Origin: a bacterium | Lineage (GTDB): Bacteria > JAAXHH01 | DNA length: 64,000 bases | Reading direction: 5' to 3' | Assembly (NCBI GenBank): GCA_965248395.1 | Contig: OZ252103.1 | Location: 233,396-297,395, forward strand | Shown: piece after piece, positions 29,900 through 40,993 of the stretch | Position numbering within the stretch: the stretch's first letter is position 1 | Layout of the letters: each line of letters starts with the position of its first letter | Position numbers and translations under genes: made by a program | The notes under the pieces: generated by a model | Database searches by the model: none | Told to the model about the DNA's origin: nothing | Seen by the model: only the letters and a program-made list of their open reading frames with translations

Positions 29900-31228
29900 C
29901 TACTTATCTCTCCCCACCCGCCCGCGGATCAGCACCCGTATGGGAGAGCCCTCGAATACGAAGGCCTTGCGGAGCCGGTTAGACAGGTAACGCTTGTACG
30001 AATCCGGGATGGCGTCCGCATGGTTTACGAAAAACACGAAGGTGGGCGGGGCGGCTTGTACCTGCGTGCAGTAAAGTATCCGGGTCGCCCGACCGTTCGG
30101 TGACGAAGGGGGCGGATAATAGTTCGTGATGCTTTCCACGATACGGTTCAACTCGCCGGTGGACACCCGGTGCGAGCGCATTTCGTTCACGTGCCGCGTT
30201 TTTTGCATGATCTGCGTCACGCCGCGGTGGGTCTCGGCCGACACGAAAAGGACCGGGGCGTAGTCGGCGAAACGGAGGTACTCCCTGGCCGCCCGGACGT
30301 ACGCTTCGGTCGATTCCTGCGTCCTGTCCACCAGGTCCCACTTGTTGAACGCGACGACCAGTCCCTTCCCCGCTTCCTCCACCTGGGAGACGATGCGCTG
30401 TTCCTGCGCGGACAGGCCATCGACCGCGTCTACCAGGAGAACCGCCACGTCGCAGCGTCCGATGCTCCGCAGTGTCCGCGTAAAACTGTAGAACTCTATA
30501 TCGCTTGAGATCCTGGCCCGGCGCCTGAGGCCGGCGGTATCGATCAGGTTGTACCGCACGCCCTGCCGTGTGATTTTCGTGTCGACCGAGTCCCGCGTCG
30601 TTCCCGGCACATCGGAGACGATCACAGTGTCCTTGCCCACGATGGCGTTCACCAGGGACGATTTCCCGACGTTGGGCTTGCCCACGATCGCCACCTTGAT
30701 CGCCTCGTCTTCTTCGTCGGCGACCGGCGCGGGATCGGGCATACGCTCCGCCAGCAAGTCCATCAGGTCGCCTGTATTGCGTCCCTTCAGGGCGGAGATC
30801 ATCATGGGTTCGCCCAATCCCAGGGAGCTGAACTCGTAGGCGTGGTTTTCGTGGGCGCTGCTGTCCACCTTGTTGGCGACGACGATGACCTTCTTGCCGG
30901 CACGCCGGACGACTTCGGCCGCCTTCCAGTCCAGGGGGGTGATCCCCGTGCGAACATCCATGACCAGCAGGATCACGTCGGCTTCGCTGACGGCCAGCCG
31001 GGCCTGCTGTTCGATGGCCGCTTCCATGGGTTCGTCGGATTCCGGGACCAGGCCGCCTGTGTCCACCACGGTGAACTTCTTCCCGAACCAGTCGGCCTCG
31101 GCGTAGTGGCGGTCCCGCGTGATGCCCGGGGCATTGTGCACGATCGCGTCGCGGCGGCCCACAATTCGGTTGAACAACACCGACTTGCCGACGTTGGGGC
31201 GTCCTATGATGGCAATGATCGAAGACAT
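29900..31228 (-). CDS. der: ribosome biogenesis GTPase Der (EngA), tandem G domains
   Basis: Two GxxxxGKS P-loops (GRPNVGKS, GKPNVGKS), DTAG/DTGG motifs and a C-terminal KH-like domain. Confidence 0.9.
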   Translation of the reverse strand: MSSIIAIIGRPNVGKSVLFNRIVGRRDAIVHNAPGITRDRHYAEADWFGKKFTVVDTGGLVPESDEPMEAAIEQQARLAVSEADVILLVMDVRTGITPLDWKAAEVVRRAGKKVIVVANKVDSSAHENHAYEFSSLGLGEPMMISALKGRNTGDLMDLLAERMPDPAPVADEEDEAIKVAIVGKPNVGKSSLVNAIVGKDTVIVSDVPGTTRDSVDTKITRQGVRYNLIDTAGLRRRARISSDIEFYSFTRTLRSIGRCDVAVLLVDAVDGLSAQEQRIVSQVEEAGKGLVVAFNKWDLVDRTQESTEAYVRAAREYLRFADYAPVLFVSAETHRGVTQIMQKTRHVNEMRSHRVSTGELNRIVESITNYYPPPSSPNGRATRILYCTQVQAAPPTFVFFVNHADAIPDSYKRYLSNRLRKAFVFEGSPIRVLIRGRVGRDK

Positions 31229-31249
31229 GGTAGTTTTTCCATTCAATGG

Positions 31250-32539
31250 TTACAGTCCCCGCAGGTCCTGCACGTAGTCCGGGAAAAGCTCCACCGGTGC
31301 GCCGACCCGCTCGCTCAGCGCAGGCAGGGTCATTTCATCCAGCAGCAGGCCGTCATCGTTAAGCACGTTCGGCGGAAGGTATACCCGGTCGCCCACTTCC
31401 TCGTCCTTCAGCGCTCGAAGGATATCCTGTCCGGTCAACAGTCCCGATACGGTGATACCCGGTCCAAAGAAGGTGTTCTGCGCGACGACCAGTTTCGCTT
31501 CGACGTTCTCCACGCGGTTCAGCGGTTCCACGAGCGACGACCTCACCACGTCCTTCGCCAGCACGGCCGTGACGAGCGTCGGGTTGAATGGCTCGGTTGC
31601 CCGTACGGGAAGCGACCGCGTCTGCTCGGCCATATCGGTTTCGAACTGCGTGACCATGCCGACTCCGTTCTCCACGACGGGACAGTCTTCGTAGAAGGAG
31701 GGCGGAGGCAGCGGCGTGGAAGACATCAGGTACCATTCATCGGATAAATAAACCAGCGGGTGGCCGAGCCGTTCGCGGAGCTCATCCTGCCAGGCGCTGA
31801 CCGTGTCGATCATGCTCCGCGCGTAATCCACGGTAACCGGTTCGAGGTGGTAAAGCCCCTGCCGGTGTTCGGAGAGTCCGACCGGTACGATGGATATGGA
31901 CTCCACCGCCGGATACATCGTGGCCAGGTCATCCACGGTCTTTCTCAGTGCCGCGCCGTCGTTGAGACCGGGGCATAGCACGATCTGCGTCTCGATCAGG
32001 ATACCGCCCCCGGCCAGCCGCCGGAGTATGGGCAGGATGTCCTTCGCTTTCGGCGAACCCAGCAGCATCCGGCGCAGCTCCGGGTCCGTGGAGTGGACCG
32101 ATACGTAGATCGGGCTCAGCCGCTGCACCATGATGCGTTCAAGGTACGCGTCGGAAGCAAAGGCCAGCGTTACGTAGTTGCCGTACAGAAACGTTAGGCG
32201 GACGTCCTCGTCCTGAAAGTAGACGGCCTTGCGCATGCCCTTCGGGTTCTGGTGGATGAAACAGAAAACGCACTTGTTCGCACAGGCCTGGTAGGGAGGT
32301 TCGTGCAGGGACAGCCCCAGGTCTTCGTCCGGATCCTTCTCGACGTCGATCAGCACCCTGCGGCCGTTCGCCTGGAGTATATCCAGTTCCAGCACGTTCT
32401 CGCTGGACCAGAACCGGTAGTCGAGCGAATCCCTGACCCGTGCCTGGTTGATCCGGATCAACCGGTCCCCCGGCACCAGGCCGACATCTTCCGCAATGCT
32501 GTCAGGACGCACCTGTTCGATACGCATATTACATAACAC
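31250..32539 (-). CDS. DUF512 family protein: N-terminal PDZ plus radical-SAM-like CxxxCxxC domain
   Basis: CANKCVFC is a CxxxCxxC cluster motif. The N-terminal PDZ-like segment (VGLVPGDRLIRING) is present. This is the conserved neighbour downstream of der. Confidence 0.65.
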   Translation of the reverse strand: MLCNMRIEQVRPDSIAEDVGLVPGDRLIRINQARVRDSLDYRFWSSENVLELDILQANGRRVLIDVEKDPDEDLGLSLHEPPYQACANKCVFCFIHQNPKGMRKAVYFQDEDVRLTFLYGNYVTLAFASDAYLERIMVQRLSPIYVSVHSTDPELRRMLLGSPKAKDILPILRRLAGGGILIETQIVLCPGLNDGAALRKTVDDLATMYPAVESISIVPVGLSEHRQGLYHLEPVTVDYARSMIDTVSAWQDELRERLGHPLVYLSDEWYLMSSTPLPPPSFYEDCPVVENGVGMVTQFETDMAEQTRSLPVRATEPFNPTLVTAVLAKDVVRSSLVEPLNRVENVEAKLVVAQNTFFGPGITVSGLLTGQDILRALKDEEVGDRVYLPPNVLNDDGLLLDEMTLPALSERVGAPVELFPDYVQDLRGL

Positions 32540-32902
32540 TTTGAAATTGCTGTGACAAACGTAGCGTCATCACAAGCAATCGTTTATGTTTTTCGATTAA
32601 CAAACTGCGACTCTTGACAATATAGAGAATAGAGACCCTTCTGTCAAGGAGATTGGCGCGCTTAGGGGGCCGCGGTCAGGGCGTTTTACCGGCTCGAACA
32701 TCGACCCGCGGCCCCCTGGACTTTTCGCTTGCTCGCAGCCCCTTTTCTGGTCTATATTGGATGAGTTGGCCCGTTGCAAGGTTATGCGGGCGTAAGCGTA
32801 TGATTTTACGGCCTTTAACGGCCATTGCGCGGAACGCTTTCCTTTAGTCGACTGAAGTGTTCCACGCCTGTTTACGCATTCGAGATTACCGGGGAATACA
32901 CC

Positions 32903-34303
32903 ATGTCAGCCAAAACAATGTACGAGAAGGTCTGGGACCAGCACGTAGTCAAGGAGATGCCCGACGGGCTGTCCGTCCTCTACATCGACGCCCACCTGAT
33001 CCACGAGGTGACCTCTCCGCAGGCCTTCGAGGGACTGCGGGCCGCGGGCCGGAAGCTGCGGCGGCCGGATCTGACCTACGCCACGATGGACCACAACGTG
33101 CCCACCACCGACCGGTCCCTTCCCATGTCCGACGAGATCGCCAAGCTGCAGGTGGATATGCTGGCCCGGAACTGCAAGGAATTCAGCGTTCCCCTCTACG
33201 ATCTCGACTCTCCCCGCAACGGCATCGTCCACGTGATCGGGCCGGAACTGGGCATCACGCAGCCGGGCAGGACCATGGTCTGCGGCGACAGCCACACGTC
33301 CACCCACGGCGCCTTCGGCGCGCTGGCTTTCGGCATCGGCACCAGCGAGGTCGAACACGTCATGGCCACGCAGTGCCTGCTCCAGCAGCGCTCCAGGACC
33401 TACGAAATCCTCGTCGACGGAGTGTTGAGCGACGGGGTTACCGCCAAGGACATCATCCTGAACATCATCCGCCATACCGGTACGGCCGGGGGTACGGGAT
33501 CGGTGATCGAATACACGGGAAGCACCATCCGAAGCCTGTCCATGGACGAGCGGATGACGATCTGCAACATGTCCATCGAACTGGGAGCCCGCGCCGGTCT
33601 CATCGCGCCCGACGATACCACTTTCGAGTACCTGGCGGGGCGGGAATTCGTCCCCGCTGGAGCGGATTTCGACCGGGCCGTGGAGCGATGGCGCAAGCTG
33701 GCGACCGACGAGGAAGCGGAATACGACGAGTGCCTGACCATCCAGGCGGAAGGAATCATTCCGCAGGTGACCTGGGGTACCAATCCCGGCATGGTTACAG
33801 ACGTAACCGGCATCGTGCCCGATCCCGGCGATATGACCAGTGAAAACGACCGGCGCGCCGCGGAAAAGGCCCTGACCTACATGGCGCTGGAACCCAACAC
33901 GTCGATCACGGATATCCCGATCGACCGGGTTTTCATCGGCAGTTGCACGAATTCCCGGCTCAGCGACCTGCGCGCGGCCGCGGACGTCATCAAAGGCCGC
34001 CGGGTATCGTCCCGGGTCACTGCCCTGGTGGTGCCCGGATCCCACTCGGTCAAACAGCAGGCGGAAGCCGAGGGACTGGACCGGATCTTCAAGGAGGCCG
34101 GATTCGAGTGGCGCGAAGCCGGTTGCAGCATGTGCCTGGGGATGAATCCGGACATCCTGCAGCCCGGAGAACGGTGCGCAAGCACCTCCAATCGCAATTT
34201 TGAAGGCCGGCAGGGCCGGAACGGAAGGACGCACCTGGTCAGCCCGGCCATGGCCGCGGCGGCAGCCGTCGCCGGCCATTTCGTCGACGTGAGAAACTGG
34301 TAG
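32903..34303 (+). CDS. leuC: 3-isopropylmalate dehydratase large subunit
   Basis: [16 protein letters not shown] ... the aconitase-family Cys ligands ([21 protein letters not shown]). The start is trimmed to ATG 32903. Confidence 0.9.
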   Translation: MSAKTMYEKVWDQHVVKEMPDGLSVLYIDAHLIHEVTSPQAFEGLRAAGRKLRRPDLTYATMDHNVPTTDRSLPMSDEIAKLQVDMLARNCKEFSVPLYDLDSPRNGIVHVIGPELGITQPGRTMVCGDSHTSTHGAFGALAFGIGTSEVEHVMATQCLLQQRSRTYEILVDGVLSDGVTAKDIILNIIRHTGTAGGTGSVIEYTGSTIRSLSMDERMTICNMSIELGARAGLIAPDDTTFEYLAGREFVPAGADFDRAVERWRKLATDEEAEYDECLTIQAEGIIPQVTWGTNPGMVTDVTGIVPDPGDMTSENDRRAAEKALTYMALEPNTSITDIPIDRVFIGSCTNSRLSDLRAAADVIKGRRVSSRVTALVVPGSHSVKQQAEAEGLDRIFKEAGFEWREAGCSMCLGMNPDILQPGERCASTSNRNFEGRQGRNGRTHLVSPAMAAAAAVAGHFVDVRNW

Positions 34304-34326
34304 CCACAAAGGAAACGGAGTACAGC

Positions 34327-34923
34327 ATGGCGGAACCCTTTACCCGTCACAGCGGCCCGGTCGTCCCCCTGGACCGGATCAACGTGGATACGGACCAGAT
34401 CATCCCCAAGCAGTTCCTGAAGCGGATCGAGCGCACCGGGTTCGGACAGTTCCTGTTCTACGACTGGCGTTTCACGAACGACGGTTTGCCCAATCCCGAT
34501 TTCGTGCTCAACGAGGACAGATACCGGAACGCCACGATCCTCGTTACCGGGGATAACTTCGGCTGCGGGAGTTCCCGCGAACACGCCCCGTGGGCCCTGC
34601 AGGACTATGGCTTTCGCGCGATCATCGCGCCTTCCTTCGCGGACATCTTCTACAACAACTGCTTCAAGAACGGGCTGCTTCCCGTCGTGTTGCCCGCCGA
34701 TACCGTGCACCGTATGCTCGCAAGCGCCACGGAACAGCACCCCTATTCCGTTTCGATAGACCTCGAAAGGCAGATCGTCACCGAACCGGACGGCGCCTCC
34801 GACCGGTTCGAGGTCGATCCCTTTCGCAAGACCTTTATCCTGAAGGGTCTGGACGAAATCGGCTGGACCCTTCAATACAAGGATGATATAGCGGAGTATG
34901 AACGTACCCAGTGTACCGGTTGA
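34327..34923 (+). CDS. leuD: 3-isopropylmalate dehydratase small subunit
   Basis: [17 protein letters not shown] is the LeuD/aconitase swivel-domain motif. Confidence 0.9.
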   Translation: MAEPFTRHSGPVVPLDRINVDTDQIIPKQFLKRIERTGFGQFLFYDWRFTNDGLPNPDFVLNEDRYRNATILVTGDNFGCGSSREHAPWALQDYGFRAIIAPSFADIFYNNCFKNGLLPVVLPADTVHRMLASATEQHPYSVSIDLERQIVTEPDGASDRFEVDPFRKTFILKGLDEIGWTLQYKDDIAEYERTQCTG

Positions 34924-37657
34924 CCAACTGCTCGCGCTGTCCCAGGTAAGCGACGAAATGTTGCGCAGCGTGTTCCACCGGGATCATCATGCCACGCTGC
35001 GCACGGTGACCCGGTGCGTCCACGATCTGCTCAACGCCGAGTACTGCGGGATCTTCCTCGTCCCGGAGGACGCGCCCCACGAACTCGAACTTACGGCGCA
35101 GTGCTCCGACCTTACCGGCCACGACGATCCCCCGCTTGTACGCCTCCCGATTCACAGCGCGCCGAAGGGCGGGATGACCGGCCACATCGCCGAGCAGGGG
35201 GACGTAGTCCGTCTCCACGGGACCCAGATCACGCAGAGCCCCTTTTACACCGGTGATGTCCGCGATTACCTGGCCGACAAGAAACTGCGGTCTCTCCTCG
35301 CCATCCCGATCAAAGACCGTAAGAACGTGATCCTGGGACTCGTCAAGGCGGAGAACAAGCGTCGTACGGACGGTTCGCCGTCTTCAGACGGATTCGACGA
35401 GGCGGACGAATACGTCGCCCGGATCCTGGCCAACAAGATCTCCATCGTACTGGAGCACCTGCGGACTGTTACTATAAACCGGAACCTGGTGCACGCGATC
35501 CATACCCTGCGGGACCGCGGGTCTATTCTCGACGAGATCCTCCGGTGCAGCCGGGCGCTCGTTCGCGCCGATCGCTGTGATCTCCTGCTGTGGAACGAAG
35601 CGCTGGGCGACCTGGTAGCCGGCGCCCACCTTGGGGAAACGGTCCTTACCCTGGGACGTCCGGTTCCGGGACCGAGCATCGTGCGCCGGCTTTGGAACGA
35701 TCCCTCGCTGGCCGAGATCCAAGTGCCCGACGTGTCGATGAATCCCTATTACCATGAGATCGACGGCCGGACCCGTAGCCAGACGTCGGTCAAGCTGCGG
35801 TTCGAAGACCGGGATATCGGCGTGCTGAGCGTGGAATCCTTCCAGTCCGACTCCTTCGACGATCACGATCTGGAGATGCTTCAATGGCTCGGCCACCACG
35901 CGGCGATCGCCTACCAGGTCGTCGGGCGGGAGGTCCAGTTCCGCGGCATCGTGGAGCGCCTGGTCGAACATTCCCCTCCCCGGGACGAACTGCTCAACCG
36001 GATCCTCGTCAGCATACGGTCGATCTACGGTTTTACCGACTGCGTCATCTACACGGTCGACAACACGGAACAGATGCTTCAATGCCGATCATACATCGGT
36101 TGCGAGGGATTCGATGAAGACCCTTCCGTGCTCAGCTACCGGTTCGACGACAACACCCTGGCGAGCAAGGTCTACCGCGAACGCAAGGGATACCTGTGCG
36201 TCGACCCGAAGACCGACCCGAATATCAGCCGACGCGCCCTTGACCGGTTCGGTTTCAATGCCCCCATCCTCGCCATCCCCCTGATCTACAACGAAAAGGT
36301 CGTGGGCGTCTGCACGCTCTGGAGCCAGTCCGGCAAGGTTACGCCCGGCGCGCAGCACCTGGAAGAAATGGAGCCCTTCGCCCGGCTGGCGGCCGCCAAT
36401 ATCGCACTATCCGAAACCGAGCGGCATCGGGGCAAGGTGCTGGAATGCATCCAGGAAATCCTGACCCAGATGCAGACCGAGATGTCGCGGGAGAAGAACC
36501 TGCGGCTCATCCTTCACGGCGTGCAGTCCGCCGGGTTCGATCGAGTACGCATATACGAAGTGGACGAGACCCAGGAGCATCTCGTGGGTATCGACTCCGT
36601 GGGCATGGAAGATCCGGAAGCCTTCATCGGTTATTCCATGTCCATCAGGGAGAACCCCTACGTCAACCACGTGGCCAGGCAGTCACGAACCCGTCCCGCC
36701 GCCTGCTGGTTCGATCCCGCCGACCCGGCCTTCTGGGGTCCGGATCCTGCCGCAGCCAGCCTTGGCAAGGCCGACGACCTGCCCTGGCTGGACGTGCCCC
36801 TGGTCATCGCCGGTCGGCTCTATGGCATGATCGGAGCGGACAACATGCATACCCGCCGTGAAATCACGCGGGACCACCTGGAATTCATGAACGTCGTGGG
36901 CGCCCTGACCGCGCAGGTCATCGCCAATTCGCAGACCGTGGAACTCCTGCGGGACCGCACCCGCGCCGAGGCGCGTAGCGAACTGGCCCAGCGGACGCTG
37001 CACGCTTTGAAGACGCCGGCCATGGCCACGCAGATCTTCCTCAGACATCTCAACCAGGCGGTTGACGGTGGAGTATCGGGCAATGGCCAGGCGGGACAGC
37101 TCGTGGACAAGATCCGGGGACAGGTCGATCGTATCGCCGCTATCGCCGAGGACATGCAGCGGCTGACCAAGCTGACACTTACGCCTAAACGGCGGGTGGA
37201 TATCAATGAAATCGTGCGGCGTACCGTCATGGACAGCCTGGTCAGCGAGGCATGCCAGGCGGAATTCGATTTCATCGAGCCGCCCCCTTTCGCGGAGGTC
37301 AACGTGGAGGAGATCGACCAGGTCATCACCGAACTCACCGGCAACGCCTGGAAGGTCATGGAGTACAACGGACGCATCCACGTATCCACGCGGCTCGGAA
37401 GCGCTTCGCAGTACCCCAAGCTAATGCACGGGCAAAAGGGGGAGTACGTATTGATAGACATCCGTGACACGGGTCCGGGAATCCCCGAATCCGTGCTCAA
37501 CGAACTGTTCGAACCCGGCGTGTCCACCACCGGCGGTTCCGGACTCGGGCTGTACGCCATACGGACCATCGCCACGGAACACCAGGGCGAGGTCTGGCTC
37601 GAAGATACCGGTACGAACGGCGCTACCTTTACCTTTGCCCTGCCCCTGGCGGGCTGA
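34898..37657 (+). CDS. cytoplasmic multi-GAF sensor histidine kinase
   Basis: 919 aa with no TM segment. There are 3-4 GAF-like modules, a phospho-acceptor region ([10 protein letters not shown]) and C-terminal HATPase_c motifs ([16 protein letters not shown]). The start overlaps the leuD stop by 26 nt. Confidence 0.75.
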   Translation: MNVPSVPVDQLLALSQVSDEMLRSVFHRDHHATLRTVTRCVHDLLNAEYCGIFLVPEDAPHELELTAQCSDLTGHDDPPLVRLPIHSAPKGGMTGHIAEQGDVVRLHGTQITQSPFYTGDVRDYLADKKLRSLLAIPIKDRKNVILGLVKAENKRRTDGSPSSDGFDEADEYVARILANKISIVLEHLRTVTINRNLVHAIHTLRDRGSILDEILRCSRALVRADRCDLLLWNEALGDLVAGAHLGETVLTLGRPVPGPSIVRRLWNDPSLAEIQVPDVSMNPYYHEIDGRTRSQTSVKLRFEDRDIGVLSVESFQSDSFDDHDLEMLQWLGHHAAIAYQVVGREVQFRGIVERLVEHSPPRDELLNRILVSIRSIYGFTDCVIYTVDNTEQMLQCRSYIGCEGFDEDPSVLSYRFDDNTLASKVYRERKGYLCVDPKTDPNISRRALDRFGFNAPILAIPLIYNEKVVGVCTLWSQSGKVTPGAQHLEEMEPFARLAAANIALSETERHRGKVLECIQEILTQMQTEMSREKNLRLILHGVQSAGFDRVRIYEVDETQEHLVGIDSVGMEDPEAFIGYSMSIRENPYVNHVARQSRTRPAACWFDPADPAFWGPDPAAASLGKADDLPWLDVPLVIAGRLYGMIGADNMHTRREITRDHLEFMNVVGALTAQVIANSQTVELLRDRTRAEARSELAQRTLHALKTPAMATQIFLRHLNQAVDGGVSGNGQAGQLVDKIRGQVDRIAAIAEDMQRLTKLTLTPKRRVDINEIVRRTVMDSLVSEACQAEFDFIEPPPFAEVNVEEIDQVITELTGNAWKVMEYNGRIHVSTRLGSASQYPKLMHGQKGEYVLIDIRDTGPGIPESVLNELFEPGVSTTGGSGLGLYAIRTIATEHQGEVWLEDTGTNGATFTFALPLAG

Positions 37658-37669
37658 ACCCCAGGCATT

Positions 37670-38833
37670 ATGGCGAAACCCCTCGTACTTATTCTCGACG
37701 ACGACCCCGCCATGCTGGACGCGGTCTCCCTCGACCTGGCGCCTTCCTTCAACGTGATCTGCGCCTCCGGGGTGGAGGAGAGCGTGGAGAAGATCGTCAA
37801 CGCCCGGGGCGCCGTGGAAGCGGCGGTCATCGACATGTGGATCGAGACGGACCGGGAAGGCGGCCTGGACGCGATCCAGCGCATCAGGGCCTGCGACGCG
37901 CCGCCTGAATGCATCGTTTTGACGGCCTATGGCACCCAGCCAAACATCGTCAAGTGCATGGAGGCGGGCGCCTTCAGCTACGTGGAAAAATCGGGCCGCA
38001 TCGCCGACGACACCACCGGCTTGTTGATTACGACCATCAACCGGGCAGTGGAAACGCGCGGTCTGAAACAGCTCGAGGCGGCCCAGGAGCAGATCAAGGC
38101 GGACGAACGCCTCAAACAGGATATTCAGCGCGCCTACGAGATCCAGCGGTCCATGCTGCCCCAGGGCGACTTCCACCAGGCCGGCCTGCACTTTACCGGC
38201 TACTGCCAGCCGGCGGAAAACGTGGGAGGCGACTACTACGACTACTTCGCACTGCCCGATGACCGGGTCGGACTGCTGATCGGCGACGTGACCGGCCACG
38301 GGTTCAACGCGAGCATGATCATGGCCATGGCGCGCAGTTGCCGCTCCACGCAGACCCAGGTCGATCCGGGCGTCTCTTCGGTCATGGACGCCCTCAACCG
38401 GATCGTGCAGACCACCGGACCGGACTGGCTTTTCATGACCGCGTGCTATTTCCTCATCGATCCGTCGAATCGCCGTTTTTCCTATGCCAACGCCGGCCAT
38501 CACTTCCCTTACCACTACCAGGCAAAGACCGGAAAAACGGAAGCGCTGGAATCGACCGGGCCGCTGCTCGGCGTGGACGCCACCCTGACCTATACAGCCC
38601 TGGAGCGAACCTGGGCCTCCGGCGACCTGCTGGTCCTCTACTCTGACGGGATCGTCGAAGCCGAAAATGCCGAGGGGGACTTCTTCGGAGAGGAGCGGCT
38701 GCGGACCCTCGTGGAATCCAACGGGCATCATTCTCCGCCCGATATGAAGAAGACGATCATCGACAGCGTGGAGGCGTTCTGCCAGGGCGTGCCGATTCAG
38801 GACGACGTGACGCTCGTCGTGGCGAAACTCTAG
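37670..38833 (+). CDS. response regulator with REC domain fused to a PP2C (SpoIIE/RsbU-like) phosphatase domain
   Basis: The N-terminal receiver (LVLILDDDP ... D in VIDMWIETD), then the PP2C metal-binding motifs (GGDYYD, GDVTGHG, DGIVEAEN). Confidence 0.8.
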   Translation: MAKPLVLILDDDPAMLDAVSLDLAPSFNVICASGVEESVEKIVNARGAVEAAVIDMWIETDREGGLDAIQRIRACDAPPECIVLTAYGTQPNIVKCMEAGAFSYVEKSGRIADDTTGLLITTINRAVETRGLKQLEAAQEQIKADERLKQDIQRAYEIQRSMLPQGDFHQAGLHFTGYCQPAENVGGDYYDYFALPDDRVGLLIGDVTGHGFNASMIMAMARSCRSTQTQVDPGVSSVMDALNRIVQTTGPDWLFMTACYFLIDPSNRRFSYANAGHHFPYHYQAKTGKTEALESTGPLLGVDATLTYTALERTWASGDLLVLYSDGIVEAENAEGDFFGEERLRTLVESNGHHSPPDMKKTIIDSVEAFCQGVPIQDDVTLVVAKL

Positions 38834-38844
38834 GGGGACGGTCG

Positions 38845-39432
38845 GTGGAGATCGTGGAAGAACCCCTTTCCGGGCTGGCGGAATACGGTGAGGTGCCCAT
38901 CGCGTTCGAGGTGACATCGCGATACCGGCTCGATCCGGTGGACCGCGGCCTGGGCGGCATCGGGCTGGTGGAAGAACCGGTGGATCCGCCCTACGTCAAG
39001 GACTACGACACGACATCCGAAGAAGGACCCGCCCGGTGGCTCCGGCGCTGGGATACGTCGTCATGGGGATTGCTCGCGGGCTACGACGGGCCCCGCCGGG
39101 TGGGCGGAGCAGTGTTGGCCCGGCAAACGGCGAACGTCAACATGCTGGAGGGACGCGATGACCTGGCGGTGCTGTGGGACCTGCGCGTCCACCCGGACTA
39201 CAGGGGAACCGGTGTGGGGCGAAGTCTCTTCGAAGCCGCCATGGTCTGGGCAAAGCTGCACCAATGCGCCGAGTTGAAGATAGAGACCCAGAATATCAAC
39301 GTCCCGGCCTGCCGGTTTTACGCCCGCCAAGGATGCCGGCTGAGTGCCATCGTATCTCACGCCTACGCCGAATTTCCCGATGAGATCCAGTTGATCTGGC
39401 GGCTGGCGCTGTGTCACCGGCCCCCAACATAG
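38845..39432 (+). CDS. GNAT family N-acetyltransferase
   Basis: LRVHPDYRGTGVGRSLF is GNAT motif A (the R/Q-x-x-G-x-G/A acetyl-CoA site). Confidence 0.7.
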   Translation: MEIVEEPLSGLAEYGEVPIAFEVTSRYRLDPVDRGLGGIGLVEEPVDPPYVKDYDTTSEEGPARWLRRWDTSSWGLLAGYDGPRRVGGAVLARQTANVNMLEGRDDLAVLWDLRVHPDYRGTGVGRSLFEAAMVWAKLHQCAELKIETQNINVPACRFYARQGCRLSAIVSHAYAEFPDEIQLIWRLALCHRPPT

Positions 39433-39557
39433 GCCACGTAGTCGATACCCACGTGTAGTCTGACGTCGTGATTATCGCGTCGTTGGAACCGTAGTAGCGC
39501 ACCGTGATCTTCGGTGCGTCCGCGCGACTCCGGCATGACAGTTATGCTCGCCGCCTC

Positions 39558-40433
39558 TTACCCGATCACGACCGTGATCGTCGCGGTTATCGAAACGCCT
39601 CCAGAGGTGGCCGTCACCAGCGTCGTGCCATTGGATACCGCCGCCACAAGACCGGTCGAGTCTACCGTGGCCACTTCAGGATGACTGCTCGACCACTCTG
39701 CCATCGCGCCCGGAATGGCCACGCCTTCCGCATCGTACCCCAGTACTTGCAACTGAAGGGTCTGGCCGATGGACGTCAGCGTCGCTTTGAGTATGTTGAT
39801 ATGGAAAGAAACAACCACCCGTTTGATCTCCACATATACGGGCCGCGACGTGTTGACGCCGCCCGAGGTGGCCGTGATCTGTGTGGTGCCTCTCGATACC
39901 GCCGCCACAAGACCGGTCGAGTCTACCGTGGCGAATTCCGGGTGGCTGCTGGACCACACTACCGCCGCACCCGGGATCGCCGTGTTGCCCGAGTCGTACA
40001 CCACCGCCTCCAGCTGAACGGTCTGGCCAACCCACTCCAGGGTCGCAAAGGACGGGGTGACTACGATGCTGCCCGCTTCCTGATCCACGGTGACCGTCGC
40101 GCTTGCCGTGGCGTATTCTGACGAGACCGTAATCTGTGTGGATCCCATCGATACCGCCGTAACGACACCCCGGTCGCTCACCGTGGCGATATTCTCGTTG
40201 CCGCTTCGCCAGAATATCTCCGCATCCGTTGTCACCTTGCTGTTCCGGTCCTGTACCATGGCCTCGATCCATATCCGCTGACCGATGGCGGTAAGCACGA
40301 TCGTACTGGACGAAAGGTTGATGGTGAATTGTCCCTGGGTCGCCGGCTCCGAGGGACTTTTGCCACAGCCCGACAGCATGGCCAGGACTAGAACAAAAAC
40401 ACAACGCGATAATTGAAACCGATGGGAAATCAT
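39558..40433 (-). CDS. lipoprotein with tandem bacterial Ig-like (Big_2) domains
   Basis: Lipobox LAMLSGCGK after a signal peptide. The Big_2 motifs VDSTGLVAAVSxGTTxxTATSGGV recur with an ~87-aa period, and the DNA carries near-identical ~40-bp direct repeats at 39641 and 39891. Confidence 0.65.
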   Translation of the reverse strand: MISHRFQLSRCVFVLVLAMLSGCGKSPSEPATQGQFTINLSSSTIVLTAIGQRIWIEAMVQDRNSKVTTDAEIFWRSGNENIATVSDRGVVTAVSMGSTQITVSSEYATASATVTVDQEAGSIVVTPSFATLEWVGQTVQLEAVVYDSGNTAIPGAAVVWSSSHPEFATVDSTGLVAAVSRGTTQITATSGGVNTSRPVYVEIKRVVVSFHINILKATLTSIGQTLQLQVLGYDAEGVAIPGAMAEWSSSHPEVATVDSTGLVAAVSNGTTLVTATSGGVSITATITVVIG

Positions 40434-40888
40434 GTCATAGACCTTAAAAGATGTTCGAACGAGCGGATATGCGCCAGACCACGTAAACGAACCTCTCGGA
40501 ACGATCTGCCAAACGGAACGATCTGCCAAACGGATTGATTACTGTAATTTCAGCATGTCCTTTCTGTAAGTCGGCAATATAGCACACGATTGTATACTGC
40601 TCAACCATATTAGGGGAGAGGGGAATTAACAGAAACGACGAGTTTTGTGGTATGCCTAAAAATCAATAAGATCAATTTGCAATAACGGTGGGTTGTGAAT
40701 ACCTGCAAGGGCAATGGGATTCCTGAGACCTGGCAATGTGCCTGAGCATTTCCTTTCTTTATCAGTTTGATTGTGTTCAGAATTAGATACACTATATGTT
40801 GTCCAGCAGTTATTTTGCAGGTAAAATGGAGTGGTAATTCAGACCTGTTGTGGTTCAACAGCCTGGAGTGTAACAACGGCCAGTATTA

Positions 40889-40904
40889 TTGTACAATTGT
40901 ACAA
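40889..40904. promoter_or_regulatory. 16-bp perfect palindrome TTGTACAATTGTACAA in an AT-rich intergenic region
   Basis: Read directly from the sequence. It lies about 90 nt upstream of the PhyH gene start at 40994, inside a ~460-bp AT-rich gap. Confidence 0.4.
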
Positions 40905-40993
40905 TTTGAAATGGTTGAATTTGACCAAACCGCGGCGGAAAGTACAGATCTGATAGGTTAATCCAGATCTCAATATCCACCAGGAACTTCTTT

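Noticed and set aside
32653-32847. 64-aa ORF in the leuC leader as a possible leader peptide
   Set aside because: It is not Leu-codon-rich and there is no Shine-Dalgarno. It is more likely a chance ORF in a non-coding leader.
32906-34875. Minus-strand ORFs of 467 aa and 332 aa
   Set aside because: They lie antisense to leuC/leuD, which have unmistakable conserved motifs.
36820-38917. Minus-strand ORFs of 364 aa and 498 aa
   Set aside because: They lie antisense to the GAF kinase and REC-PP2C genes. The translations are Arg/Pro/Ser-rich with no motifs.
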